DNA of 60,674 bases, counting the filler, from Basidiobolus meristosporus CBS 931.73 (Eukaryota > Fungi > Basidiobolomycota), in NCBI GenBank assembly GCA_002104905.1. It is 3 parts of 3 records of this genome, joined end to end, with 100 filler letters (N's around TTAATTAATTAA, not from the genome) between each part and the next. Parts side by side here need not be neighbours in the genome. Positions count along the whole stretch, not along the records: positions 1 to 28,175 come from MCFE01000888.1; 2 more parts are not named here. One strand, given 5' to 3'. The notes under the pieces are model-generated. The model saw nothing but the letters and a program-made list of their open reading frames with translations. It had not been told where the DNA came from and did no database searches. Positions 1 to 13,114 of this stretch are shown piece after piece (position 1 is the first letter of the stretch; each line of letters opens with the position of its first letter). The position numbers were made by a program, and so were the translations under genes.

Positions 1-1580
1 AAGGCAAGTACCCCCAACAGTGCCCATGTCATGTGAACATCCTGGTTTCATAACCCTCCTATCCTACTACCATAAGAGGTAACTACATGACACAGAGGTT
101 TCATATTACCACTATCTGATTGGCTAGGTGCTACTATGTCTCATAGAACAATTTGCCAAGAATTTGCACTATTTTTAGTACACAATGACATGATTGGCTG
201 TCTACTACCTTCTGGAAACTTCCGGAAAGTATTTTCTAGCAAGAATTTGAGTAGCAAAAAAGTATATAAGGGAGGCTATCCCTTAAAATAAATCATCCCT
301 CTTCCAATATTCCAACTTATTGATTAGTGAGATCACCACTACCTATTACCATTACTTTCTGACTCAGACCTGCCAATACTCCCAGGAAACCTTGCTGACA
401 GCCAACTGACCTTGGAGGTGCTACTTGTGAGGAATACTCAGAGTAGGTATACTTTATTTTATTTGATTGTTTTCCCAAACTTGTTCTTGTACAGGCAAAG
501 ATACTTTTCAGTCTTTGTAACTATTGGTCAAAGCTGCATTCTTATCAAGTCCCTGTTGGTGGAGTTTACAGTTGTTTTGGATTTGGAAGCTTTAGTACAC
601 TGTCATCTCAAAGGATGTTGAAGCCAGTATAAACTTTTGTCAAGACACCAACTAAGTTGGGGATTGTAGTTTGATAGTTTTCCTTTGACAAGCTTGAGGC
701 TTTATCCCCCTTCATATTAGATTAGACAAAAGACCCAGTATTCCTAGCAAGCTTTTGCCAGAGGTTATTCCACCCAGTCAACACCCCACACACCTTCACA
801 CTTGAGAAGTGTTGGCCGTGTTTTGCCCTTTGGACTTATACACCACCACAGCACCACTTCTCTAGTCACAACATTACATCATTCACAAGTGGATAAATTA
901 CTGGGCTAACTTGGCTCCATAAAGTGTCCTTGGCATTTGTTTCAACAGGTGTGGCCTCATTGCATATTGGGATTTGAGTGGGCTCATGCATGGTACTGTT
1001 GTTAGGGGAGATAGGCTCAAAATCCATCAGTGAGCCTTCTTTGTCAGAGCAATCATTCTGCATGCCATATTTAGAAGGCTGAGGTGAGCCTAAAGGTGTC
1101 ACAAACTCACCTGACTCAGTTTGTACAAGGTGACAAAGACAGTCAGGTGCTAATATAGAAGTATCAAGCGGCTGGCAAGATACTCTTAGTACAGTAGTGA
1201 CTGATGAATGGCCAAATATGACTTGTGTGGCAGAACATTGGCCATAATTCTTTTTATACTTCCAATGCTCTGTGCATGTTTAATGACTGAGAGGCTTGCT
1301 ACAATTGTCACATGATCTTTTTTCTCTTCTCTTACAGCATTGAATCAAAGTAGTCTTGTCTATGGGGCAAATAATTTGCCCTTCAAAAATGTGGAACTAT
1401 TATATCACTTTTTGGTCAATACTCATGTAAATTTAAGAAAGTCTTGTATTTGAGACATTATACCTACATGAATGTAGGACTCAATGATGAACTGCCATAG
1501 TAAGCATTATAAGTAGTGGAACCATATACACATGTATATGCAGCACTATTTCCCCTTTGGTTTGACTCACTTCCATATAT

Positions 1581-3318
1581 ATGCTGCCAAAAAATAAAGC
1601 AAAGTTGTCTGGTTCCCAACCAAACCCCACTGCTGATGGCAGCAGAAGTACAGATGGACAACAGCTTGCTTTAACATTCAGTGCAACTAGTGGGGCTACA
1701 TCCAAAAAAAGTCATGTTGGCAGTGTGCCCACTAAAGGTAATAATGCAGACTCCTCAGGCTCTCAGTCAAGTAGGCAATTGGGAATCTCTACAGAGCTGC
1801 TAGCTGACCATAATGCTCCGGCAGATGAGAATGTAGTAAACTCAGTACCCTCAGTTGAAGACCAGCAAGCGGCTGTCATAACATAATCACCACCCATTTT
1901 AACAAGTATGTTGTCAACTCATACCAAAGCATTCATGAAGCAATTAGGTGTAGTGGCTGATAGGATAGATGCAATGGCCCAGAGATATCACAAAATAGTC
2001 CCAAAATAGGATGAGCAGACAATATGTGTAGAGTAATCAATAACCCAGGTAGAGAAAGCAGTGTCTTTGCTGCAAAGAAGGAACTCAATTAGCTCAATGT
2101 CACAGCCAAGAATTGAGCCATTTCCTGATGTAAAAGCAGAGGAACTCTGTACAGTCTTGGAAGCACAACAACAGTGCCCAAAGATAACACCCACAGAAGA
2201 ACCTATCCTAGTGCGGGAGGGAGACAATGTGGTATTTATACCTAAGCCTAAAAGTTAGATGCATTGAAGATCTGTGAAGCCATTGAGTGCAATAATGAAG
2301 AGTGGGCTAATATTCAAGAGGTTGTCAGAAGTCTAGCACACCATCACCTTAAGGCTGGTACACCATAGGACCATCAGGAACTCAAAGCCAAGCAGAATGC
2401 GCTTGACTTGTTCCATGATCATTATCCTGGGTTCAAACAGGCAAACAGATTTTGGGCCAGCATTGGTATGCTAAGAAAGTATCTTAAGAATAGCCAAAAT
2501 TATCAAAGGCAGAAGAACAAGGGTGCCATGGCTAAAAACCAGCTGCTTCCTCAAGAGCCTGTTACAAGCAGAGCCAAAAGCTCCAGACAAGCATTAAAAA
2601 GACATTAGGTAGCTGGAAGAGTGCTAATTAGGGACAAGCAGGCAGAAACAGATGTACCAGAACAACATTTATCAAGGAAAAAGCATAGTACCACTCAAAA
2701 AGCTCTTAGTCAAAGTAGCAGTGAAGAATTTGGCAGTGACAAAAACCAGCAGCTTTTACAAGAGCCCATCACAAACATGGTTGAGAGCTTGAAATAAGTG
2801 GGAAAGAAACGTCAGGTTGTCAGAAGAGTGGTAACCAGGGACAAGCAGGCCAAAACAGATGCATCAGAACAGATCTTATCAAGGAGAAAATATAGTTCAT
2901 AACAAGAAGCACTCAAACAAACTAGCAGTGAAAGACCTGGCAGTGATAAGGAAAAAGGTAAAGGGAAAATGTCTACCTAGGCCTGAGAGAGGGAGCATGC
3001 AAAAAAATGCAGTACTTGCCAATTAATGCTGCAAGCCTGGAACAGGCTGAATCCCATCATACCCAAGAAGAATTACCAACAATAAAACAGCTGTTTTCAC
3101 AAGAGTAGGGAGTGCAGCCAGTTGAGCTACACTCTAGCAAGGTAGATGAGTTTACAAAAAAAGGCAATTTGTCTACCACAGCCTCCACATCCTCTATTGT
3201 TGACACAGTGGAGATCCCACTGACAGACAATGCTACAATGTCAAGAACTCAAAAGACTATCACAATGCCTTCAGTGGAATTCTGGAACATTAATAGCCAA
3301 ACCAAGAGAAATGATTGA
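1581..3318 (+). pseudogene. Decayed long ORF of an unassigned repeat family (Ser/Gln-rich, with an internal 207-bp duplication)
   Basis: One frame runs 1581-2258 through TAA/TAG stops. After a frameshift near 2255 a second frame continues (EAIECNNEEWANIQEVVRSL...LDLFHDHYPGFKQANRFWASIGMLRKYLKN...). The region is CpG-depleted, and a homologous fragment lies inverted at ~8033-8181. Confidence 0.5.
2534..2947 (+). repeat. Tandem duplication, 2 x 207 bp (69 codons), diverged
   Basis: AAAAACCAG starts at 2534 and 2741, and GGGACAAGCAGGC at 2631 and 2838; the offset is 207 throughout. Confidence 0.85.
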
Positions 3319-3610
3319 GGTAGGCAGTAGGAAGTAAGAAAAAGAGACAATCCATATACACAAATGTAGGATATGGTTGAGTGTCTGGGATCCAAAAATG
3401 AGAGAATTGGCAGAAGACCAATCAAAAGCCACTAATGCATCACTGTGATGAAATTTTTGACAAAGTTTTTTGAGTAAACTGGTGTGCAATTAGCTTTCAA
3501 TGGTCTCTGCATGGTGTCCTGATGGGATCAGTACCTCTTAGTCATAGGACTTTAAATTTGTGACGGCCTTTTGATGGGATCATTACAATAATTTTTCATA
3601 GGGTTCATCT

Positions 3611-6600
3611 TGTTGTAAAAATTTGTAATTCCACCTAAATATTCACCTAACTTAGTCACTTAGAGCATTACCCTCAAATCCTAGAGAATACTGACCAAAT
3701 TCCTTGTTGGGATTTACTTAGAATATTTTCATCAAAATACCAGGTACCCAGAACATGAAAATTCTCAAAGTTGTCCAAACAGCCCTAAACTTTGCACACA
3801 TGTTCTTGGGACCTTCCTTAACCTATTCTATGTGTTTGTAATGCCAAGACCAGGTAAAAGTATAAATATTATTTTACATTGAATAAATCATTAAGTGAAA
3901 ACCTCATAATCTACTTGTTCTCCCAATCACTTCCAATATCTCCAAGACTCTTACAACAGGTTATGAGCCCCAAGCTGTCACTCTCTGCAATGTCTACTAC
4001 TGCTAATACTGGAATTTTTCCCTCTGCTGAAAAGTAGGATGGATCCATTTACCAAGTGTGGAAGGTGAAGATGAAGATGCTGCTACAAGAAAGAGGCCTT
4101 TGGGATATTGTCATGGGAGAAGAATGCCCTCCTAAAAGTGTGGGAGAGGAAGCCTTAAAGTACCAGAAGAAAGAACAAAGTGCCTTTAACTGCATTTGCC
4201 TTAATGTTAAGGTCAAATTGCTAATTCAATGCTCAAGAGCAAAAATGGCAAAGAATGCCTGGAAGTCATTAGAGAACACCTACCAGTCATGTTCAGCTGC
4301 CAAAAAAATGTATCTGAGACAAAAATTCTTTACTACAAAGATGCTGCCAGGAGAAGAAATGAAAAATCTAATTAACAGAATTACCCTGCTGGTAGATGAA
4401 ATGGAATCTGTGGGCGTACCAACTACTGATGAGGATGTGATAGTTACCATCCTGAATAGCCTGACAGACAAGTTTCAGGGCCTTGTATCAGCCCTAGAGT
4501 CCAGAACTGAGGATTTGACATTAAATTATGTATATGGAAGGCTCCTGGATGAAGAATTAAGAAAATCAAGTGCCAATAAGAAGGAAGAAGAAAATGCTTT
4601 AATAAGCAATGATAGCCAACAAAGGAGGTACCCAAGACCCTACAAAGGCAACAGCAACCTATTTTGCAACTACTACAAAAGGAAAGGACACACATCAGAC
4701 TGGTGTCTCAAAAATAGAGATTATCAGCAAAAGAAGCCTGAATATGGAAATGCTGCAACCACTGAAGATAGACTATCCATATCTGCACTAAATATGACCA
4801 CAAACAAGGATTCTAAGACGTGGTATATTAGACTTGTTCCGTTGGATAGTGCCACATTGAGCCATGAGTGCCAAATGATGCCATAGTGTGCCAGAGAGGT
4901 CAAGTGAGCCTATACTTGGCCACAGAGTGTGAAACATAGCTCCGCATCTTCATGTAAAGTAGCCCCTGTGTTTCACCCATTGTGTTGGAGAAAATCCATT
5001 TTTTGACCTTTTTTTGTGGATCAATGTAGCTCAGGATGTGTAAGAGCACAAGCAGATTGAAGATATGCATCTGGTACTCAATACCCATGGCACTCTGAAT
5101 CTAGCTCCTGTAGCTTGTATCATGTCACAAAAATGAATGGCACTATCTTGGTCCACTGTTACTATCTGGCACTATAAGTGCTTTGTATAGATCTTACTTT
5201 AGGGCTAATATTTAAATATAGTGCCAGATAGTAACAGTGGACCAATGAAGTATTTAATCACCTTTATTGATGATTATACAAGACAAACATGGGTCTACTT
5301 TATAGAGAGAAAGGAAGAAGCTCTGTCTAAGTTCAGGGAGTTTAAAGCTATGGTGGAGAGAGAAACTGGTGAAAAATCAAGAAAATATGCTCTGACAATG
5401 GTGGAGAATATACCTCAAAACTCTTCATCCACTTCTGCAACATTCATAGGATAAAGCAAGAGGCTACTGTATCATACTCCCCACAGCAAAATGGAGTAGC
5501 AGAACAAGCTAACAGATCAATAATTGATATGGCAAGATCTATGATCCATGATCAATAACTATCCTATGATTTTTGGGCAGAATCAGTTGCCACTGCTGTA
5601 TACCTTAAAAATAGGAGCTATAACAGAATACTTTGTGATTCTACTCCATTTGAAGCATGGTATGGATACAGACCAAGTGCATAACATCTAAGAATATTTG
5701 GGTGTACAGCATATGGCAAAAAACTGGCTGGAAATCAGTCAAAATTTGAACCAAAGAGTGTAAAATGCATATTTTTGGCCTACTGCAATGAGAGTAAGGC
5801 ATACAGCCTCTACAATACCAAAGCAAAGAAGCTGATCAAGTCCAGGGATGTGTTTTTTGATGAAAATTCAAGATTTTCACAAAAAATGACACCAGACAAT
5901 GACAAAAATTTGATCTCAAGTCCACCAATTGTCAGGATTGAATCAGTGCAAAACAATGAAGATTTTTTCACTCCAGAGGACTCTACAACTGTGGTTCAGC
6001 CAGAATTAGTGCCCAGGAATATCCCAGAAGTGATCATTCCAGTATCAAATGCCCGGAGATCAAATTGGACAAGAAATAGCCCAAATTACTATATCAATGA
6101 GGGTACAAACTTAGCCTATGCCTATTCAGTCCATGTTGATGAGCCACAGACTGTAAAAGAGGCCTTAAATAGCCCTCAGACCAAGTTTTGGAGATCTGCA
6201 ATGACTGAGGAATATCAGGCCCTGATGGAAAATCAAACTTGGGACTTAGTCAAATTACCAATCAACCAAAAATCAATTGGATGCAGATGGGGCTTCAAGA
6301 CAAAATACAAGGCTGATGGTACAATTGAAAGATAAAAAGCAAGACTTGTAGCCAAAGGATACTCTCAAACAAAAGGACTTGACTATACTGAGACCTTTGC
6401 ACCGGTAGCCAAGTTTAATTCCATCAGATTAATATTGGCTATTGCAGCCAAATATAAGTATTTATTCATCAAATGGATGTAGAAGCTGCATTTTTGAAAG
6501 GAGAACTTGATGAGGACATGTATATGGACCAGCCGGATGGGTTTGCTGACCAAGATAACCCCCATTTGGTCTGCAAGCTTAAAAAGTCACTCTATGGTTG

Positions 6601-8032
6601 CAATCAATCACCAAGAGCCTGGAATTGCAAGATAGATTCTTATTTGGAATCTTTGAATTTCAAAAGAAGTAATGCTGACTATAGTATATACTATAAGCCA
6701 GATAGAGCAAATCCAGCTCTATTAGCTCTATATGTGGATGATCTTATTATAGCCACCAATAACCTAGAAACATTGGAAGAGACTAAATCCAGCCTAGCTA
6801 AGGAGTTCAAGATGTCCAATCTAGGAGAACTTAGTTACTACTTAGGGATTAAGCTCTCCATAGACAGAAGTACCCAGACTATCACCCTAAGTCAATCCAA
6901 TTATATCCAAGATATACTAAAGAAGTACCAAATGGAAGACTGTAAACCGGCAGCTACCCCAATGGCAACAAACCTTAACTTAGTCAAAACTCAACCAAAT
7001 CAAGAGAGCTTGGTGCCATCTGAAAGCCCTGACTTTCCTTATCAATCTATGGCCGGCAGTCTGATGTATATTATGCTTTGAACACATCCAGATATCTCAT
7101 ATTCAGTGGGAGTTGTCGGCCAACAAAATCAGAACTATGGATCTGATCATATTGCAGCAGTTAAGCGGATTTTTAGATACCTAAAAGGAACTGCTGATAT
7201 CTGCTTAAGATACACTTATAAGGATTCAGAACAGGATCTTGAGGGATACTCTGATGCTGCTTGGGGATAAAATTTGGAAGACAGAAGATCCACCACAGGA
7301 TACACCTTTCTTTACAGTAAAGGAGCAATTTCATGGAATTCAAGAAAGCAACCAACTGTAGCACTTTTCACCACAGAGCCAGAGTATATGGTAGCCTGTG
7401 AAGCTACAAAAGATGCAATGTGGTTAAGAAAACTTTTTACAGATTTAGGCCTATGTCAAAAAACACCTATTACTTTAATTCAAGATAATCAAGGATGCAT
7501 ACAATTAGGTAGAAATCCAACTTCTCATGCAAGAACCAAGCACATAGATATTAGACATCATTTCATACATGAAGCTATAGAGAATAACTTAGTTAGCTTA
7601 GTTTACTGTCCTACAATTGCAATGATTGCAGACATATTTACCAAACCATTAGCTAGAGACAAGTTTGAATATCTTAGGTCAAAATTAGGACTAGTCAATA
7701 AGAACATTTAGCTGGGTGGGAGTGTTGTAAAAATTTGTAATTCCACCTAAATATTCCCCTAACTTAGTCACTTAGAGCATTACCCTCAAATCCTAGAGAA
7801 TACTGACCAAATTCCTTGTTGGGATTTACTTAGAATATTTTCACCAAAATACCAGGTACCCAGAACATGAGAATTCTCAAAGTTGTCCAAACAGCCCCAA
7901 ACTTTGCACACATGTTCTTGGGACCCTCCTTAACCTATTCTATGTGTTTGTAATGCCAAGACCAGGTAAAAGTATAAATATTATTTAACATTGAATAAAT
8001 CATTAAGTGAAAAGCACATAATCTACTTGTTC
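3611..8032 (+). mobile_element. Ty1/Copia LTR retrotransposon copy 1, decayed, 3' LTR truncated
   Basis: 5' LTR 3611-3958 (TGTTG...CAACA), PBS GGTTATGAGCCC at 3959, gag (4056-4800), integrase, RT ([16 protein letters not shown]) and RNase H (RTKHIDIRHHFI). PPT GCTGGGTGGGAG at 7711-7722. The 3' LTR 7723-8032 lacks its last ~38 bp. Order IN-RT-RH indicates Copia. Stops and frameshifts are present. Confidence 0.95.
4830..5245. mobile_element. Non-autonomous fragment of the AGACTTGTTC-TIR DNA transposon family inside Copia copy 1
   Basis: Begins AGACTTGTTCCGTTGGATAGTGCCAC directly after Copia TGGTATATT (compare intact copy 3, TGGTATATTGACTCT). It replaces ~640 bp of the protease/pre-integrase region. 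Confidence 0.75.
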
Positions 8033-10436
8033 ATTTTTCTCTCACTTCTCTGTCTCTGGCTTGGGTAGATTTTTTTTAACTTACCTTTATCACTGACAGC
8101 CAGGTATTGAACTGCTGCTTTGCCTGAGTGCTTCTTGTATTGAACAATGTTTTCTCTGCAACAAATGATGTGCCAGCAGGCAGACTTATTCCATTGTACC
8201 ATGCCAGGGTGTGCAGCACAATCCTCAGTTGTTAAGAAAAACCAGGTGCAATGCTGTAGCCACCAGAAGGCAGGATTGCTCTTGGACAATTTTGTGCTGT
8301 ATGGGAAAATCTTGCACAGTATAGCACAATCTGACACAATAAGGCTGGCCCAGATGATTGCACCAACTTGTAATGCTTGCATCATATTAACAACTGGACA
8401 CCACTATAAAGGTAGGTAAAATCCAGTATTTGGATATGTTTCTTCAATGTGAATGGGAATCAATGCATATCACACTATGAGCAACACTGATACTTACCAT
8501 TTTGGTTACTATCATTCCAATTGGACAGAATTTCAGTGATTGATTGGTCTAAAAGTATCCTCAAGCTGTGAGCCCCCAATTGGCTCATTGACCAATACAG
8601 GCTACCTGATTTGTTTTCAAATATTGCATTTTGCCCACAAGCCAGTAAGTTCCTGTTTTTAGTGATTGGACTAGGTTCTATAGCTAGCATGTGACCTATG
8701 GGTAGGTGCAAGACAGATCAACAGCTACACTGGTGCTACAGATGATGTTTAAGTATGCAGGGTGTTTATTTAAATGGGTTTTGTCCCAAATATACAACAA
8801 CCATCATATCACTTATATAAAAAATTTGTGACCACTGGTATACAATGGCTCAATTCAGATTGTAAAAAATCATATGTTGTTGGATTTTGATGAATGATAG
8901 CAATTCAACACAAGCACATCATCTTCTCCTAGGTTTTTCTTGCACAGAGCCTACTACTGAAGCATTTTGTAGAAATTCACTTTGCACAATTAAACTACAT
9001 CCTTCTTGACAGTGATCTTAACTACTTGTGTACTTGTAGTCAGTATTTTGCCTCTTAATTCATGAGTGCAGTGCTGCAGCTTGGCCACACTGAGTTACTC
9101 CAGATGGTGTTATAAAACTGGCTCAAAGTACCATATGCTAAAGTGTTGTTTTACTTGCCAAAGGCTCCTGTAGTGGAGGCACTTCTAGTGGATCATTGTC
9201 AGCCAGTTTACCAGAAGTAACTTGCTGAAGGTCAGGTATAAAAGCACACACAGGCACAAGTTGATGCCTTGGCCGAGTTTGATGTAATGCCACTTGTTAA
9301 TGTGGCTTGGTCTGCTCTAAAGAACTCATGTTTAGTTGAGCAGTTTGGCATGATCTAGTTCTTTTGTTCTGGACTGCACATGCTGACTCATGCACATTAA
9401 CCTGCTACATGGTGCTGCTGTGAAGGGTGTTGGCATGGACTAAAATGACATGTGCTGGCACACTGGCATTGCAAGGGGTGGTAAGAAATCCAACAAGGCA
9501 TGCTGATGCAATCTAGATGCAGTACCTGCAGTTTCTATTCTTCCTCTTGTTGCTCACCTTTTGATACCTCAATGTATTCACTTACCCTCTGTCTGATACT
9601 TTAGAACTGCTGCCTTGATGAGTCCTGTTTGTATTGCTCTTGGAAGCCACTTGCCTCTACTAATATATCTTGCAGTATATTAGTTATTTGAGGCAAAAAC
9701 TCACTTCAAACCTCCTTGGTTCCCAAAGTTGAGCCATGTAAAGATGTGTCTGGTCCATACTGTGCAAATTGCATGCAGCATTGTTTGTGGGCAGCTTCCT
9801 CATCAAATCCCCTCACTCTCAGCTCATTCTTGAGTTCAACACTTGTCTTGTTTTATATCTTCTTAAATACATCTGCAGGCATCTTAATGTAGAACTTATG
9901 CCACAACTTTCTACTCAAGGCCTTTCATCTCTGTTGACTCTCTGAGGTATCCAGTTCTGCTAGATTAATGAGTAGTGCCAAAATATCTGTATGAAGGCTA
10001 ATCATATACACCTGGGCCATTCTAAAGTCATTTGTCAATAACCCAAATGGATCCTAAATTGCCTTCTCCAATCCAGACTATCCTAGTGAGCTGGGGGATG
10101 GGTTTTGTCTGGGTTGTACTAAAGATATGTTGAGACTTGGTATAGGGACCATACTGACAGATTTCAATACTTATACAGCAGTATATTGGCATCAACCTTG
10201 TTCTGTTGGATAGTGCCACATAGTGCCAGCCTGTTTATAGTACCAGATCAATCTGGCATTCTATGGCACCATCTGGCACTATGATCTCTACCATAATGCC
10301 AGTGGTAGGATATAGCTACTGGTAATTTTACTCTATCTTAATTATGTTGCTCAGAGCAGTGCTTTCCTTGCTTTATTTACTCTTCATAATGCTCCAGACA
10401 CATTTCTCACAGTGGATGTCTTCTTGTATGAATGTA

Positions 10437-11337
10437 CTATGCATTGATAAGTATCTTGACTATTTTACCTATTCTGCTGTTTTCTTCTACATATGACTTT
10501 CCTCTGTATTTACCTGCCAATATGCCAGATCTCTTTAGATATCCAAATGTATGCTCTACCCTCACTCTGAAATGATTGAATATCTCATTGTAGCATTTCT
10601 GCTCTGCTAAGCATACCATTCCTTGGCTTCCTATAAGCTTTAATACATCCTAATCTATGACAATCCTCTCCTATATATGCTAAATCTACCATACATTTCT
10701 CCCCTCTACTGAACTCTGGATGATACTCTACCCAGAGTGCTTTGTCATGCCTACTTCCAGCAGATGGCCCACTAAACCAGATGATGTGACCCTCAATGTC
10801 AGATAGTGCTTGAAACTTCACACAGTGTGCCTTGTACTTGCCAGAATAAAAGTGCCTCTGCCCTCTAAAAGTTCTGTTAATCCTGACTGGGAAGGTATCT
10901 GGAATACTTCTAATATAGAACCTGTTGCTGTACGCTCCAGGATATGGAAGTCTATTGGAGCTTCTGAACCTAGTACTCCAAGCTTGCTCTAGGTCATTCA
11001 TACCCTCTGCAAGGTGGTTCTCCATTGCTGTCAGCTGGGAATGCAAGCTTCTAGGACATTTGTTGCCATGGATGGTGGGATGAAATCCTGTTGGGCAATA
11101 GTACTTGTAGTAGTAGAGAAGCTTAACAAGGGATCTCCTTGAGTAGATTGGGGTAGATGGTCTACAGTACTTGGTATAGATCTCCTCTGATGTGTCAAAA
11201 GAAACACCAGTGGTAGTGATGGGATTGATGAGAAATGACCATTCAGATGAGTAAGTCATACTAAAGCTGGTAGATGATTGGGCTGAGGTGATTTGAATTG
11301 ATTTGGCATGATCAGCTTTTTTTATCTGATTTTGCAT
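10437..11337 (-). pseudogene. DDE_Tnp_4-type transposase of copy C2, frameshifted
   Basis: IPDTFPVRI...HCVKFQALSD...GSRHD...DLAYIG, then in another frame YNEIFNHFRVRVEHTFGYLKR. Confidence 0.85.
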
Positions 11338-11890
11338 GTATCATAATTAAATCACCATCAATTGCAATATATCCCATCATTATATTGCAAAATCATCCTC
11401 AGACAATGACTTAGTATTTTTATTGATGTGTTACTCCCAAGTCTATAATCAAATAGCAAATCTGCATTTAATGTGAACTGATCCATGTCAATGCAATCCA
11501 AGATGCATCATGCATAATATATGGAAAATTCAACAATCACATTAGTTTTCATATATACTGCATATAAGACCAGATTGATGCCAATACACCACTATATAAG
11601 TATCCAAATACATTACTATGGTCCCTATACCAAGTCTCAACTCATCTTTAGTACAACCCAGCCGAAACCCATCCCCCAGCTCACAAGCACAGTCTGGACT
11701 GGAAAAGTCAGTGTCAGATCTGTATGGGTTGTTGCCAAATGACATCAGTATAGACCAAGAGTCTATGACAAGCCTTCATACAGATATTTGGGCACTACCC
11801 ATTAGCATAGCAGAACTAGATACCTTGGAGAGCCAACAGAGTTGGAAGAACCCAAGTAGAAAGCTGTGGCATGAGTTCTACATCAAGATG

Positions 11891-13114
11891 TGTTGTGTTG
11901 TATTATGATTAGTTTGGGGCTTGTTCTACAATGTAGAGGCTAATCAACAATATACAACAACTTCCAGTATGCTAATACTGAAATAGTTTATTGGGAGTTT
12001 GATATACCAATAGAAGATAAAACTTTCACTAATTTCCTCAATCTTAGGCTCAAAATATACTGTAGGCAGTGTTTATCACTTCTACAGCAGTGTTCTGACC
12101 TTCTGTTGACTAATGGGCTTATTTACTTTTATAGTAACTTTTCCTTATATGGAAGTCACTTTCCTTTCTGAGAAAATATTTCCTAATATGGAAATTCTGA
12201 GCTCCCCTTTAACCTAAAGGGGTGTGTTGTAGAAGTCTCTAAAGGGGTCTTTAGACCTAAAGGGGTGTCTAAAGGGGTGTCTTTAGAGTAAAGGGGCTTC
12301 TTGCAGTGGTCTCTAAAGTGGACTTTACACTAAAGGGGTGCCTAAAGGGGCTTCTTTAGAGCAAAGGGGTTTCTTAAAGAAGTCTCTAAAGGGGTGTCTA
12401 AAGGGGTGTCTTTAGAGTAAAGGGATTTCTTAGAGGGGACTTTTCCAACAGAAAAGTGGTAGTTTCTTGTAGAACTTAGATTGGATTCTTGTGAGCTTTG
12501 CAGTCTCTTTACTGATGTAGTACCAATCAAAGTCAGAATACTCAACAGTGCAAGAGATGCAGGGAAGTCTTATAACCTTCAAACTTGTAATTGTAGTGCG
12601 GAGATTCTGGAAAGAGAGGCTCTCCTTTATTTTTCAGCTGGGGAAGTCATATATATGAAAATTTTGAAAGATCAAAGTTTTTGGGCAATTGCGCAAGCAA
12701 TACATGTGATACAAAGCTAAAATCATGCAGTGGCGCAGATCGGACATAGGCGCAGCATCTATGAAAATTTCACGTGATTTGATTGGCTGGTTCAAAAGTT
12801 AAACACGATCAAAGTCACCCTAGTAATCCTAGCAAAAAGGCATAGTATATATAATAATTGGACTCTTTTGGTCATAACTCCTTAAGTACTGCTTCAAATG
12901 AGCTGTAATTTGAAACATGTGTTGGCTACTACGTGCTCTGTATGACATAATATTCTTGGGTGGATTGCTTGTCAGGGTCTGGAGCATTTGTTCTTCAAAG
13001 TTGAAAATTCTTGATCTTTCACTTGTGTGCTACAATAGCAAAAAGCAAAATAAAGAAATGAGTGCAGTATTGGTTTAGAGATATTGTAGTAATGGAATAC
13101 TTTCCATTACCACA
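11891..13114. mobile_element. Probable solo LTR (1224 bp) of an unassigned LTR family
   Basis: TGTTGT...ACCACA ends (TG...CA) flanked by a GATG duplication (11887-11890, 13115-13118). The host ORF2 sequence ATCAAGATG/CCAGC is continuous once the insert is removed. Confidence 0.7.
12210..12445 (+). repeat. Degenerate short tandem array built on CTAAAGGGGTGT inside the solo LTR
   Basis: About ten AAAGGGG units interspersed with TCTTTAGAG and GAAGTCTC motifs. Confidence 0.85.

Noticed and set aside
1-1560. CpG-depleted DNA with CCAAT boxes and a short palindrome (CTTCTGGAAACTTCCGGAAAG)
   Set aside because: Probably old repeat DNA, but no termini, TSD or protein motif could be recognised, so no feature was called.
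12210-12445. Possible CRISPR-like repeat-spacer array
   Set aside because: Units are short, degenerate and irregular with no unique spacers, the context is eukaryotic and no cas genes are present.
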